From the NCBI RefSeq assembly GCF_001194135.2, contig NC_068990.1, positions 39,958,305-40,021,235 of the forward strand: a stretch of DNA of 62,931 nucleotides, given 5' to 3'. The notes beneath the pieces were generated by a model that saw nothing but the letters and a program-made list of their open reading frames with translations, made no database searches and was not told the origin of the DNA. Both the position numbers and the translations under genes were made by a program. Each line of letters begins with the position of its first letter. Positions within the stretch are counted from its first letter, which is position 1. Source of the stretch: Octopus bimaculoides. Its lineage: Eukaryota. Shown piece by piece: positions 1 to 14,141 of this stretch.

Positions 1-42
<42 letters not shown>

Positions 43-926
43 TACATATGCATCTGTGTGTGTGTGTGTGTGTGTACTGCTAGAGAGAGAAAGAAAGAGA
101 GAAAGCTACCTGTAAAGATGGATAGATGGGTTGATTTTAATGAAATCATACATAAGCATATATGAATTATTTGATTTAAATATATCTGTATATGCAATGC
201 AAGTGTGTGTGTATAAATACACACATATACATACACAGATACCCAACACACACACACACACACACATATGATCGTTAGAGAATGTATGTACACATCTGTG
301 TGTCTTCTTTTGCTTCAGTATGAATGTTCATGTTTATTTTTGAATTTTTCTATAATTCCCATTTTTTTTTTTCATTTACAGGCTGAGTGTGTATGTTTGT
401 GTGTGTATGAATGAGTATGTGTGTATATGTGTGAGTGTGTGTGAATTGTCATAATTCATTTTCTATTTCTGAAGAAATTTTTTTTCATTCAATTATATTT
501 TTTCTTCCCCCATTCTTTTTCTTCTCCCATCAAAAAATTTTTTTTTGTTGCTTTTTAATTCCTTTCTTTTCAACAATTGGATGTGTTTTTTCATTATATT
601 TTATCATATTTTATTATCTCAGTTCTTCCAGCCTGTCTTTATTTCCCCTTTAGCCATTGATTTTGTCATTGGGAAGACATAGAGTGAAAGAGAGAGAGAC
701 ACACAAACAGTGAAAGAAAGAGAGAAAGAGACAGAGACACAATGAGAGAGAAAGAAAGAAAGAAAGAGAGAGAGAGAAAGACTAAAAGAAAGTGAGAAGG
801 TTTTGAAGGAAAATGTAGAAATGTGTGATTGAGTGAGAGAAATGAGTATTTTTTACTTCAATATTTTCCCTTTCTATTTTTGCACTTATATGTGTGTATA
901 CATACATACATACATACATACATATG

Positions 927-957
<31 letters not shown>

Positions 958-1502
958 GTATGTATGTACGTATGTATGTGTATAAGTTCTCTGATTTGTA
1001 AAAGAAAATTTTTCAAATACAAATAATATTTTAACCCCTCCTATTTACTTAGTTTATCCAATATGGGATTCCTAATTCAGATATCAGAGAAATAAATTGA
1101 ATGTTGAAAAAAAAAGTGAAAAATAAGATAAAGGAATTGCAAAAATAGGAAAACTGTGTGAGAAAAAAAAAAATATATTAATGTAAGATAATAGGAAAAA
1201 AATAATAGTTTTGGCACCAAAAAATTAAAGTCTGTGATTATTAATATGGAAAAAGAATAAAAATATGAAATTATTATTTGGAAAATAGCTTATTTTGAAG
1301 AGATATGTATACACATAGTTACACAGATATATACATATACGCGTGCCCATATGTATGTAAACAGAATTTCATACATACATACATATTCAAATATGTACAT
1401 TCATATAATTTTATATGTAAATATTTATACATATGTCTATGTGTGTGTGAGTGTGTGTGACTATTGTCTATATCTGTGTGTATATAAATGTATTTATTGA
1501 TA

Positions 1503-1540
<38 letters not shown>

Positions 1541-2156
1541 NNNNNNNNNNNNNNNNNNNNNNNNNNNNNNNNNNNNNNNNNNNNNNNNNNNNNNNNNNNN
1601 NNNNNNNATATATATGCACACAATACATACGTACAAGTATACATAGGTACGCGCATACATACATTAATGATAAAAGATGTATATTAAAAGTGTGATGTGA
1701 TAAAACTCTTACAACAAAATTAAGAAAAAGTAAGTAAAAGACAAAATAGAAGATGAAAAAAGAAATTGGTAGGACGGAGAAGGGGGAAAGACTGGGACAA
1801 GTCAGAGGCAAGATTAGATTTTAAAAACAAATATATAAAAATAAATTAGATGCAAAACAAGCCACAAAAAAAAAGTTTGAATTCCTCAATTTTAACATCC
1901 TTACAGTGTTTTAATGAGACTGAGAAAAGGTGGACGAGAATAGAACAAGTAACTTTGAAGATTCATAAAATTTTGACTTGTTTTTTTTTTATTGGTGATA
2001 GCAGTGGTGGTTGTGATGATGATGGTGATAGTGTTGTTGTTGTTGTTGGTGGTGGTAGATAACAAGTGAAGGTAGAGGTGATAAATGATAAGTTTAGAAG
2101 ATTGTTTCACAGATAATCTATATATTTTAGTCCTATTTGGCAAATTGACAGCTCAC

Positions 2157-2251
2157 CTTTAGACATAGTGACGGTAGATGAAATTTTAAAGATTGTTCTT
2201 GTAATTTGACAACAACAAAGATTGGGGTAACTGTGTTGCAGTGATGTTTTG
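2157..2251 (-). other. Candidate exon (95 nt) of an unidentified minus-strand transcript
   Basis: Minus strand reads ttaaatacag|caaaac...actATGtctaaag|gtgagc. Strong donor, modest acceptor, two of three frames open. No recognisable protein similarity. Confidence 0.2.
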
Positions 2252-2999
2252 CTGTATTTAAGTTATCTCCCTTTTCAACAATCTCACCTACAACGTTAAT
2301 AGTCAAGGCTGGAGCCAGTCTTTTTTTAAGTAAGTGATTAGTGTATCAGTTAGTCTTGTACATGTTATTTAAAGACACTACTAAGTATTGTCATGAAACC
2401 TCAATTTCTGCTGTGTATTCATGACTGCAACTATGTGAGAAATTTTTTGATCATTCAGAAACTGTGGCCTACAACACTATTTCTTTAAGTAAATACAGCA
2501 GGCCTACATACCCCTCTCCCTCCTTCTCTCTGTATCTCTCTCTCTCCCTCACTGTCTTTCTCTTTCCCTCTCTCTCACACAACTTAACCTAGAGGTATAA
2601 AAAGCTCTATACCCTACCCAGAATAATGATATTCTTAATATTTCTAAATCTAAGTTACCAACCTGTTCCTCTTCCTCTCACCTCCACCAAAATATGTTGA
2701 TGGAGATACTTACAAAAATTCATGGCTCACATTACCTTAAAGCACCAAATCTTTATTACAAGAAACCCAACTCTAGTAGTCAAAGTCACTTCTTTATTGT
2801 AGTCCTTAGCACATCATTATTATCAACTTAATACTGTTATCTGATAAAATAGCAGAGATCTATAACTTAACTCCTATGTCATAGATTATATGACTTTAGT
2901 TGCAGAAGGTCAGAGAAGCTCAAAAACCAGCCATTTTGATTCTTGGACACTGTTCCTTCCTTCAACTTCAGCTTTTTAACCTTGAAATTATTTTGCCCA

Positions 3000-3176
3000 C
3001 CATCCGGGCATGACCGTTGTCAGAGCAGCTGTTTGGCCTCCGTGCCAGTGGCACGTAAATAGCACCATTTGAGCATGATCGTTACCAGCGTCGCCTTACT
3101 GGCACTTGTGCTGGTGGCATATGAAAAGACATTCAAATGAGGTCGTTGCCAGTGCCGCTGGACTGGCTCCTGTGCA
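3000..3176. repeat. Interspersed repeat fragment, GC-richer, probably a LINE 3'UTR or SINE body
   Basis: Internally repeated gtgccagtggcacgtaaatagcacc / gtgctggtggcatatgaaaagac motifs. Recognised by eye as a common octopus-type repeat. Not verified by search. Confidence 0.4.
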
Positions 3177-3179
3177 ACA

Positions 3180-3509
3180 AAACACTTTTTGCCTCAATGG
3201 AAAAAAAAACCAACAAAAGACTTAAAAACGTGCGCGTCGCTAGAAGGGGACTTAACTCCTGTTTGTAAACAATGGTAGCTTTCTCTGACTTGAAAATTGT
3301 TAAAAGTTATGGTTGAAAATCGATTTTTACAGCTATACGTGGGTGCCTCTGAGAGAAAAAGTTGACGAAAATGCAGATAGGGTCATGATGAATGTCCTCC
3401 TAAAATTGGAACGACATGCGTGCTAATTTGTGGATGTGCATAAATTATATTCCTGTACACACACACACACACACACACACACATCTTGCCTTTTATATAT
3501 ATACAGATA
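3180..3509 (+). mobile_element. Possible Helitron/Helentron-associated non-autonomous element (HINE/DINE-like)
   Basis: CpG-retaining body ending in catgcgtgctaatttgtggatgtgcat...(CA)n...cttttatatatatacagat. The internal microsatellite plus TTTATATATA..GAT terminus is the layout typical of DINE-1/Lep1-like elements. Confidence 0.35.
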
Positions 3510-4289
3510 CTTCATACACAGAATTAACTTCAGCCCTTGACAGAATAAATTTCAGCCCTTGATTTCATGTGTTCCTTGCACAATTTTAACGAGCTGTACA
3601 TGACAATGATATTGGCTCTATAGCCAGAGTTTTAGTAGTAATCCAGATGTCTGAACTGATATACCAATCACCATTACAACTACAGTTATCACTACAATAA
3701 CTACCTCCATTACCATCAAAACCATTAGCCTTACGACTCACTACTCCCAACACAACCACTGCCAATATCACTACACTCAACAAGATAACTACTATGTTTA
3801 TCTCTCTCTTCATGTGCCATTTCTACAGGTGCCAGTCAGCAGGAACCTCCATATTAAAGTTGGTAGATTCATAATTTTTCTTGTGAATGACACAGCATCA
3901 GTTTCTCCTGTTAACTGTTTGTGAGTTTATTTTCTCTTAACTCTGCCAGTCTCTTGCTCTTCCAAGCTTACCCTTGAAGCACAGGGTCTGTTTAACTTTT
4001 AGGTAGGGGAATTAGTTCATATGATATCAGGGCTCATGTGAGGCAGTATGGCACATGTTTAGGGGCCAGCAGTCCTTTAAGTCTGACTTATTGACAGGAC
4101 CATCTTCTACTGTTTGACCCATAACTAGACTCTTGACATATACTACCACTTTGAACCAGAGCAGTCCTGGGTGTGGAAGTAACTACAAGGTCATTCCCCA
4201 AACTCCTAAATCCTTGAACTGGAGTCCCACCACTGGATGCTTCAATATAAATTCATTTACAAAAAAACTAATCCGATTAAGATGATTAT

Positions 4290-5310
4290 GGAATGTGCAT
4301 AGCTTTAAACCATTTTGAAAACAATTTTCCGTGTATCTCTAAGCTAGTTTTAAATGACAGTCCTTTTTTGATAAAGGTTAAGGAAAAGAAAGCCACTCTA
4401 ATGTTAAAAGTTATGAATGATATCACTAGGGACTTGATAAAGAATATGATAACATTTATTGAATATAGTTACTGTCACTCAGAAGAAACACCTCGAAGAC
4501 TCTGTAATGTAGGTAGTAATGAAATAATCCAACATAAGCAACTCAGGTGGATAACAAGACTAAAAGAAAATATAAGCAATCTGACTGAGTCAGATATTTA
4601 AATATCATCAGAGGTCGTGAAGTGAATAATAAGTTCGCTGCACAGCAACTACATTTCTAGGAAAAATCAGAAAAAGTATACAGGGATTCTACATGCCACA
4701 ATCTTGAAGAAGAATTTAAAACTTCAAAGCAAGAACTCAAGGCTCCAATGAAAAACTTTATCAGAAAAATATTAGAACCAGCCAGCATTAACCATAAGTT
4801 GCATACAGGAAGTTGAAGAAAAACAATATTTTAGTCAAAAGAACCTCTTATCAAAAAGGACTTAAATCATTTTGATTTAAGATCTGGAATGAAAAGAGAG
4901 ATTTTAATCAGAATACATAATAGCTAGACACTATCAAGAAACATTACTACAACAACATCAGCAGTAAAACTTATATAATCGATTTTGAAATTACTATGGC
5001 ATGGATAAATCTTATAGCCAAGATTGAAAACACTAACTTGTCAGAAAAATATAGGCCTGTTGCTAGCTAGTTGATACATTATGTATCAACTTTACACAGT
5101 GTCTTTAGAGTATCAGAACTGATATCAATATTTAGGACACTTGATGGGTCTATAGAGGAAATCTGCTCCATAGACATTCAAAACCAGAAGATCCTAACAG
5201 CAAATTGCCACAAAAACAAAGATATCGACAGATGATCTCTTGGAAGAAAAGGGTGAGGAAGAATCTTAACGTCAGTGCAGGCAGTCTTTGAGTGTCATAT
5301 GGTACCACTC
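4290..5310 (+). mobile_element. Highly decayed R4/Dong-like non-LTR retrotransposon fragment (pre-RT region and RT start)
   Basis: Frameshifted remnants: KQLRWITRLKENI, (F)xENQKKY near 4655-4685, NLIAKIENTNLSEKYRPVA near 5025-5085 (RT domain-1 LIPK...NYRPI motif). Many stops. Confidence 0.5.
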
Positions 5311-5691
5311 AAACAGTAAAAATAAATACATTCACCAAGTGCTCTTTATTTAAGACAACAACATTGTACAAGTCTCAAGAAGTATTCATTTGCAATGACC
5401 TTCCATGCAACCACAACATTATAAGACTAATGTACCTCAACAAAAACCTGGAAGGGCAACACTGTGTACTACAAAAAGACTACGCAAATGTATGTTTTCT
5501 GTAACTTGAGGATGAAAATAATATTAGTTTCAAATTTTGGCACAAAGTCAGGAATTTGGAGTGGAGGTAGTGTTCAAGTCAATTACACCGACCCCAGTAC
5601 TCAGCTGAAATTTACAAACAATCATAAACATTTCTACCCTGCAGATGTGAACATTTCTTTAAAAATCAGTGAGAAGGGAAATATCTCTTTT

Positions 5692-5908
5692 CTCTTTACT
5701 CTTTTACTCTTGTACTTGTTTCAGTCATTTGACTGTGGCCATGCTGGAGCACCGCCTTTAGTCGAGCAAATCAACCCCAGGACTTATTCTTTGTAAGCCT
5801 AGTACTTATTCTATCGGTCTCTTTTGCCAAACCACTAAGTTACGGGGATGTAAACACACCAGCATCGGTTGTCAAGCGACGTGGATGGGGGCGACAAACA
5901 CAGACACA

Positions 5909-5962
<54 letters not shown>

Positions 5963-6144
5963 CATATATACGATGGGCTTTTTTCAGTTTCCATCTACCA
6001 AATCCACTCACAAGGCTTTGGTCGGCCTGAGGCTATAGTAGAAGACACTTACCACACAGCCACTCCTACGCCTATGAATAATTGCTTTAAAACAAACCGT
6101 GTGGCTGGAAAGCAAGCTTCTTACCACACTGCCACACCTGTGCC
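5692..6144 (-). mobile_element. tRNA-derived SINE, family A, near full length with internal (CA)n/(TA)n linker
   Basis: Reverse complement of the copy at 50497-50912. Tail ...atgactgaaacaagtacaagagtaaaagagtaaaa. Head region partly duplicated. Confidence 0.85.
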
Positions 6145-7139
6145 TAATTATTTTCGTTTTCCATTTTTTACCTTCTGCGTTCTAAATGCTGCATTCTCAG
6201 ATCTTTTGCATTTCTTCTCTTATTCATTTTTTTTAGTTCATTATGATTTGTCACTTGTGCCTGAAGACTCTGTTTGAGATATTTCTCAACATATGAAACT
6301 ATTGGTAAGACTTAAAGACATGTATTTTGTCTTGTCCTTTAAATAATATATATATATATATATATAAATTATCAAATCCTCACTGGTAATGAAGCTCAGA
6401 TGTAGGGTTTGACTTAACTGTATTTGTTCAGGTATTAGTTATCTAGAAGATGAGAGATCACCAAAACTTGTTGAAGCTTTTTCTTTGATTTGTTTAGTGA
6501 GAGCCAAGATATGTATGTATAATGAAGATATTACTTTGAGAACTTTATCATGGATTAAAAAAAGTATCTACATCTTTTTATCAAATTATGTTACCATTTT
6601 AACTAGTAGCACCAGTGGCAGCTTCAGAAATAGTGGTTGTAGGAGTGGAAGTAGTTGTGTCAATTTCTCTCCAACTGTTATTTGGAAGTGTTCAGTATTT
6701 AGTTTTGAAATCTGTTTCTTCATCTGATGCACTGTTGTTGTGCAATTGCTAAATTGGTTTTGGGAAAAATCGTAAAATATGGTTGTTTCTTACCTGTACA
6801 TATGACACATGTTCACTCAGACCCAATTGTCTGTATTACCAAATTTTAATTTGAGATCTCAGTGAAACCATTCGTTATCTTAAGAACACCTTAATTTCTT
6901 CTATGTAGTTCTTTCCACATGTTATTGTATAGATTAAGCTTTCAGATGCACAGGAGATGGTACTTTTATTGTGAAGGGCTGTCCTTGTTTAAAACGAATA
7001 TCTGATCTTCCTGTCAGATTAAAACATATATCACAGTTAGATCTTCCACTTCTACTTTACTGCTGATCTTGCTGTTATTATGAGAAGACAGGCTTTTGTT
7101 AGTATGTTTTTTCATTTATATGGGTTGTCTTTCATTCTT

Positions 7140-7707
7140 TATGATAGACAGATAGAAGGTCTTCACCCACATAAGGTGTTGTTATCTGTTTGGTGGTATA
7201 TTAAAGGTTTAGTCCACTTTGAAATTTTAAACCCAAACCAAATGATAATAAAGAATATCTACTGTGAGCAGCTTGAGCAGCTTAAGTCAGTGCTAGAAGA
7301 AAAATGACCATCTTTGCTTCCAAGACAAAAGGTGTTCTTCCATCAGGATATGGCTCAGCCACATACAGCAAGGATGACATTTGAAAGGCTGGAGCAGTTT
7401 GAATGGGAAACGATGCCCCACTCACCATATTCACTGGACATTGCCCCATCTGATTATCATTTATTCCACAGTTTTCAAAATAATTTGGACAGAAAATATA
7501 TGAATTCTGTAGACAAGGAGTATTTTTTTTGTCACGAACAAGTGAAATTTGGAAGTGGGACCTTGCAAGTCTACCAGATAGATGGAAGAGCATTGTAGAA
7601 AATGAAGGAGAGTATATATTTCGAATAAAATAGAAACTTTGTTAATTTTAATTTTGAAAAATAAAAGAAGTATAAAAAAAACCACATTGTTTATAGGATG
7701 ACCCAAT
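7140..7707 (+). mobile_element. Mariner (DD34D) transposase 3' part with right TIR, pseudogenised
   Basis: ORFs 7080-7307 and 7314-7598 give KVLLSVWWYIKG..HFEIL, FHQDMAQPHTAR and PHSPYSLDIAPSDYHLF (mariner HDNARPH and YSPDLAPSDY motifs). Terminus ttataggatgacccaat. Confidence 0.9.
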
Positions 7708-9489
7708 GTATGTATATACATGTATATACACACACACATCCATATGTGTGTGTCAGTGTGTGTGTGTCAGTGTGTATCCTCACATATCTTGTGCAACAAA
7801 AGAAGCAGCATTTAGACATAAATATGTTTCATGAAGCATTATGTATGGAACATATTGTATTCATACTCTTTCTTTCTCTTTCACTCTCTTTATCTCTATC
7901 TTGCCCTCTTTCTCTGTGTGTGTGAGAATGTGTGTGTGTAAATGTGCAACATAGTAGCATGTGCAGACATCTGTGTATATGTGTATGCATATGTGTCGGC
8001 AATTATGCATATCTGTCATTGTGGGTGTATGCATTCACTCATGTCTCTTTATATCATGCGTGTGAATGGACTTGTTAACTTTGTACCCATTTCACAAGTT
8101 TTTCTCTCCCCTTTCTTTTGTTTCCAGTTCTATCTACTTTGCATTCTATTTTTGAATTTTGTCTTTATAAACATTTGTGTGAACATGCACATATGTAAAT
8201 GTGCACCGTTTTTGTAACTATATATTTTTTCCAGAGTAGTGTGTATGTTTATGTGTATGCATTTGTGCATGTATATATGAGTGTGCATATGTGTACATAT
8301 ATGCATGTGTGCATGTGCATGACAGATATATTTGTAAATGTTATGTTAGTATGTGTGTTTTGCAATTTCTTGTCTTTTTGAATTTCTTAGATAATTTTGT
8401 TAACTTCTTTAATTTATGTATGTGGAAATCCTTTATTTTGCTAAATTTTTATTGGCAATTTTTGTACAACTGTTTGTGTGTGAGTTTGCTAAATACCATG
8501 TGTGTGTATCTGTCGGTGAACATGCATTTTCGTGTCAGTCTACAGGCATGCCTTCTAAATGATTTATGTTTTACACTTGTCTTCTAGCTGTTAATGTGCA
8601 TTATATATTTATAAATAAACAACAGTTTATTTGAAAGATGGTGTTAAAAACAGAAACAAAAAAATATTTAAAACAGCCAATAATAATAATGATAATAACA
8701 AAAACAACAACAACTAAATAAATAGATATATAAATGAATACATAAATATAACAAGCAGAGAATCGATAATTAAATGCCTTTCAAAATTCTCAGCTTGTTT
8801 AACCAGGGGTTAAAAAGTCTGAAGTAAAAACAGAAGATAAAAATTGATCCGTGAGTATGGCCTTCACCTAAAAAAAAAAGAAAGAAAGAAAGAAAGACTG
8901 TAAATCTTCTATAATAACTTTGCAAATATTTTATTGTCATTTGCCTGTCATAAATTATTATTTTATTTTAAATGTATTATCAGTCGTGGAAGACAAAATG
9001 TGTTTATTCTTAAATATAGGAATAATCAAAGGTTTTCTTCTGTATAGTCACAGCTTCCAATGTTTAATTTGTTTTAAAGCACACGATGTTGTTGTCATTT
9101 AATCCAGATCAGGCTCAATCCAACAGATCTGTAACCCATGATGCTTCATTTGTGAGAATCAATGTCTTCTTTTTTATTCCAATTTTCAACCATGTTGTCT
9201 CTTGGACTAAATTGTCTAGTTTTTCTTAAGAGCATTTTTGTAGAGCAGTTTTGAGTGGATTGAGTTGATATTTCTAGCCAGTTGAGTGACCACACAGAGC
9301 CCTCTACTTTGTTGGCTCCATGGTGCATGTTAATAAATGAAGTAAAAAATAATAAGAAGTGGGAGAAGAAAAAAGAATGAGGTGCTAGTAAAGAGAAGGA
9401 AACTAATATTATGAATGTTAAAGATAAGTTTTGTTGTAGAATTATCTTTGAAAGTTGTTGTTGATGCTTTTTCTGTTAATGTTGTTGTT

Positions 9490-9690
9490 GTTGTTGTTGT
9501 TTAGTCCTAGCTCAGCTATGATATAGCTGCAGTAGATATATATGCAAAGATTTCTAGCCATAGCCATCCTGTTTTTAGAAGTGTCTAGATCTATATTAGT
9601 GTGTCTTTCCTGCTTTAAGATGACAGAGTGTGATTTACGAGAGACTTTGCTCCTACTTCTAGCAGCTCAAGGGACCACATAAGGTTGTCT
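9490..9690. repeat. Interspersed repeat family C, beginning with (GTT)n-tttagtcc
   Basis: Related diverged copies at about 16510-16720, 31780-31960, 36720-36910 (reverse), 46130-46320 and 54900-55050 share the ctatgatcaaagg and tttggctgctatttctagcag motifs. Confidence 0.55.
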
Positions 9691-12625
9691 CATTATTCTG
9701 TCTTTGAAAGCGTTGTAAAAGAAAGTGCATTGTCTTGAAGTAGAGAATTACGAGTTAGAGTCAACCAAGTGAAGATACATTTCATTTTTCTTCATAACTA
9801 TTCTATAACTAGAGTGTTCATATATAAATGCTCTAAATATAAAGATAGTAGTTAATTTCTTTCAAAACTTCACATATGTAGTGCTTATTAAAAACGATGG
9901 GGTGTATTTCTATTTTCTTTTACTAATTGCTAACGTTAATGATTCAAACTTTGCTTCATTTTCTTCTTATGTTTCATTTTGTTTTCTTTCAGTTATCCAT
10001 GTTCTATTTACCTCACTCTTTGCTTCTTTTCCTGCTTGTGTTGCTTGCAATCTCATAGCCTTTTTTCTATCCAATTCACATCGTCCATTGACTTCTGATA
10101 ATCTTCCCTCAAAGTTGAGCTGTTTCTCTGTGACTAAGAATTTCTTTGTTTGATTGCCAATTATGTGTTGTATATTTGAAAAGACGTCTCCTCATGCCTT
10201 TACTCTTACACTCTCACTATTCCACTCTCCTTCATGATCCATACTCACTTGCTCATCTCATTTTATTTCTTCCTCTTAATCTACATACATTATTCCATCT
10301 ACTTTTTTCTTTCACTCAAAATTTACTCCCAACCCTTCTCATCATTTTCTAACATGTTTCCTTCAAACACACACTTCAATATCATACACAAATATTTTTT
10401 ATCTCTCTCTGTCTCTCAATCTCTCTCAATCTCTCCCTCATTTTCTTTCTCACTTATACACTCTGAATGTTTGTGTTGCCCTAACACATCACCTCTCTAA
10501 ATTCCCTCTCTGCAAAAGAGGGAAGGCTTAGACTCACTTGTCATACACACACAATTTCTTCCTCTTTCATTCATTTTGCTATCCTCACTTATATTTCACT
10601 AACTCTTTGCCTATATACCTGTCTTGCCAGTATTTTCTCCGGATGACTAAAGGCTATTCTTTTCAAGCCTTCACACAAACACACACACACATTTTGTCAA
10701 ATACCAATACTGTTATTAATCTATCCAAATCAACTAATCTCTATAATACTTTATTTTCCTCTCTTCCATCTCTTTCAGTAATGTTTCCTCTATATCCCTA
10801 TAACATGACAGAAAAACAGAACCCTCTGAATGTACAAAGTCTTTTCCCTAGATGATAGAACAACTCATCTTAGACATTTAGATATTTTAGTCAAGACTAC
10901 ATCAGGGTCAAGCAAAAAGGATGGAGGTGCACAGCAGCCTGTTTTTGTTTTTTGTTTTTCTTTTCTTTTTTTTTTTGCTTTTTTTTTGTAAAATAATCAA
11001 GGAAGGTAAAAGAGTGTCCACAATCATTTTAAGATTTACCTCCTCAGAGACTGTTGATATTAATGTGGTTGATGCCCACAAAAGATTTAAAGTAATGCAA
11101 AAGACACCCAAGGAAAAGCATGTCGTTTGAACCAGGAGCTGTCTTCATACATTCAAGAATACATACATTCACACACACAAATATATATAAATATATATGC
11201 ATATACATTATATAAATACAAACATACATATATACATACATAAAATCTTACATATGTAAAGACATACATACATACTTACCTGTATGTATGTATGTATGTA
11301 TGTATGTAGGATACCTTTGAGTTTGTGTAAGAGAGATTAAGATTACAATAAAATAATGAAAGGAATATGTATTAAATATTTTGTGTTAGCATTGCACTCA
11401 ATTTTCTATAAAGATTCCTTTCAGAGAAGTTTTGAAAATGGATGGAATAGACCACAAAAGTCTTTTTGTTTTTCAACATAATGGTAATCTGCATCATTAA
11501 AACATATAGTGAAGCAAAGTCCAGATATGTAAAATAGCCATCCTTCCTTATTTTCTCATGTTTAATTCCAAAATTATCGTAATCTACAATATCTGAAAGG
11601 TGTTTGTAGAAAATTTGATTAGAAACTAGCGATTCTCCTGAAACCTATGAGGAAACAAATTCAATGCTTCTGAATTATCCAAAACTCCCTTCCTTATCTT
11701 TTGAAAAAGGTTTCTACCACAAATTTCACTATAATCTCAATCTACATCATCTGAAACATATTTTAGAAAATTTCATTTAAAATATTCATTTTTTAGAAAG
11801 GCATGAGAAAATAAAATCTGTATGAAGGGAGAGGGACTTCTTTATTTATGCTGAATTTAAATGGAGACATTAAAAACACCTTCCCATGGTCGAAAATAAC
11901 TATGTTGTGAATAAAAATTAAGTTTTGTGATTAAATCCTGAAGTTAAAAATCTTCAATAATAAAAGTAAATCGAAACAACATTTTGATAAAAGAATATAT
12001 ATTACAACTGGAATTTATAAGAATTTTCTAGTCAGTGTAAACTTTAACATAGCTTTTTTTTTAGTAACTTTTACCTACTCCTAGCTAATTATTAAGCAGC
12101 TTCCTTTATTATAGCATAGAAATTTGTTACTATCAGAATTAAAGGAGCAGCAAAGAAAATGCATGCATTTACACTAACTTTTACATTCTGAGATCAAATC
12201 TCATTGAGATCAACTTTGCTCCTCATTTATCTAGCATGGTCAATAAAATGAATAAAATAAAGCACCAATCAAATGTTGGCATCAATGATCCAATATTCCT
12301 GATAAGTATTCTGGATATGAAAGAAATTATTGTGATAGTCACAAGAGTGATGTGAGGACATGCTGCTTAACCACAAGTCACACCTGACCAGTTACACCTA
12401 TGGCCAAACATGTTCCATATCTATCCCTAATACATTATATTATATATTTTTTCCATTTTTTAAAATGCTACAGTGTACTGTGAGGGAGATTTGCTGTTAT
12501 TTTTGGATGTTTGGAAAACCAGCAGAAATTGACCTGATTTTGATACCAATAAGGTCAAATTAAAGGGAAAGAACATTAGAGTTGATAGTTTACAGATATT
12601 TAGTTAAATAATGGGCCAAAAGACA

Positions 12626-12693
12626 GGTCAGGGAATCGAAACCCTAATCCTATGACCGCGAGTCTGCTGCCCTAACCACTGGGCCATAGCGCC
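12626..12693 (-). mobile_element. tRNA-derived SINE head, family with ggcgc..tggc..agtggttagg 5' end
   Basis: Minus strand reads ggcgctatggcccagtggttagggcagcagactcgcggtcataggattagggtttcgattccctgacc, with A-box and B-box-like motifs. Related heads at 21027-21150 (+), 31000-31158 (-) and 36047-36170 (+). Confidence 0.75.
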
Positions 12694-12949
12694 TTTTAGG
12701 ACTACATGATACAATATGACTTCCCTGTTTTGTGACAGGTGTGTATTATTTGAGGGAAAGTGGCTACTATTTCTAATATGGCAAAATACTGCATAGTAGT
12801 TCATGTTGCTTCTGTAGTTGTATTCAGTATAATTGATGTTTTATTGAACTTGCAGTTAAATGTGATGGTCGTTTACAGCTCTGTGATGAGAATTCTGTTG
12901 TGAATTTGTTGAGGGCAAGGAAATCCTGGCTGAAATGAGAGCAACAAGG

Positions 12950-13194
12950 ATGGTGGTAACCTAAGGTGGTGGGGATTGAGTGATGTCCATGAAATGAGGA
13001 GCGATTGGAATGTGAGGTGATGTAGCTGAAATGAAAGACAAGAAGTAAACTGGTGTTGGGCGAATGTGGAGGTGGTGGTGGTGGTTGTGATAACAGTCAT
13101 GGAGTGGTGGTGATGGTGATGGTGGTGGTAGCAGTATTGGTAGATGGATGAATGTGATGATGACGACGACGATGACGACGACGATGAAGACAAC

Positions 13195-13246
<52 letters not shown>

Positions 13247-13500
13247 GCAGTGGTGGTGGCGGTGATGGTGGGTGGTGGTGGTGATGGTGGTGGTGCTAGT
13301 ATTAATATAATAGAACATAAGATGGTGACTGTCTGGTTATGAAGTAACACATTAGTGTGANNNNNNNNNNAACATAAGATGGTGACTGTCTGGTTATGAA
13401 GTAACACATTAGTGTGATGGGGTGGGGGTCATGGTAATGTGGAGATGGGTATGGGGCAAGAATTTACAATATGGAGATTGCAGCTGACACTGTGGGGGGG
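12950..13500. repeat. Compound trinucleotide low-complexity tract (GGT/GAT/GAC)n
   Basis: Directly visible. Similar tracts at 25140-25570, 34030-34480, 47450-47720, 59185-59300 and 62410-62860. Confidence 0.95.
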
Positions 13501-13634
13501 GGGGTAGGAGCATAAGCTGGAATCGGTTGTAGTGGCAGACTATGAGAATATTCCATGAGTTTGTATAAGAGAGCACTTTGTTTTGTTTCATTCAGTTTTT
13601 GTTCCAGTTTACACACATGCATGCTCGCATGCAT

Positions 13635-13672
<38 letters not shown>

Positions 13673-13927
13673 ACACACACACATACAAACACTCAAAGAC
13701 ACACACATGGATTTGAACTCACAGGCGTATATATGTATGTACAATAAATATATATGTATGTGCATGTACTGAACACATGTATGTGTGTATGTGTGTGAAT
13801 ATATAAGAAAGTGCTTTGCTTTGTTTCATATAGTTTTTGTTCCAGTTTATACTCACTCACATATATACACACACAGGCAAACATATATACACATTGATTA
13901 TATATGGGCTTATACGTGTGCGCGCGC

Positions 13928-13958
<31 letters not shown>

Positions 13959-14106
13959 TGTGTGTGCGCGTGTGTGTGTGTGTATCTGTGAGTTAATATT
14001 TATATTTTTTCTCCTTGTTTTGTGTTTTGTTGTTCTGTTGTGTTACTTGATAAATCGCTTAATATTGTTCTTGTTGCTGCAGATGTTTTCCAATGTTGAT
14101 TATTGC

Positions 14107-14141
<35 letters not shown>

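Noticed and set aside
13314-13417. Exact 47-bp direct repeat on both sides of a 10-N gap
   Set aside because: Typical unmerged contig overlap, an assembly artefact rather than a biological duplication.
13915-13985. (CG)/(TG) alternating tract as a special Z-DNA regulatory element
   Set aside because: It is a variant of the ubiquitous (TG)n microsatellites in this window, and nothing marks it as functional.
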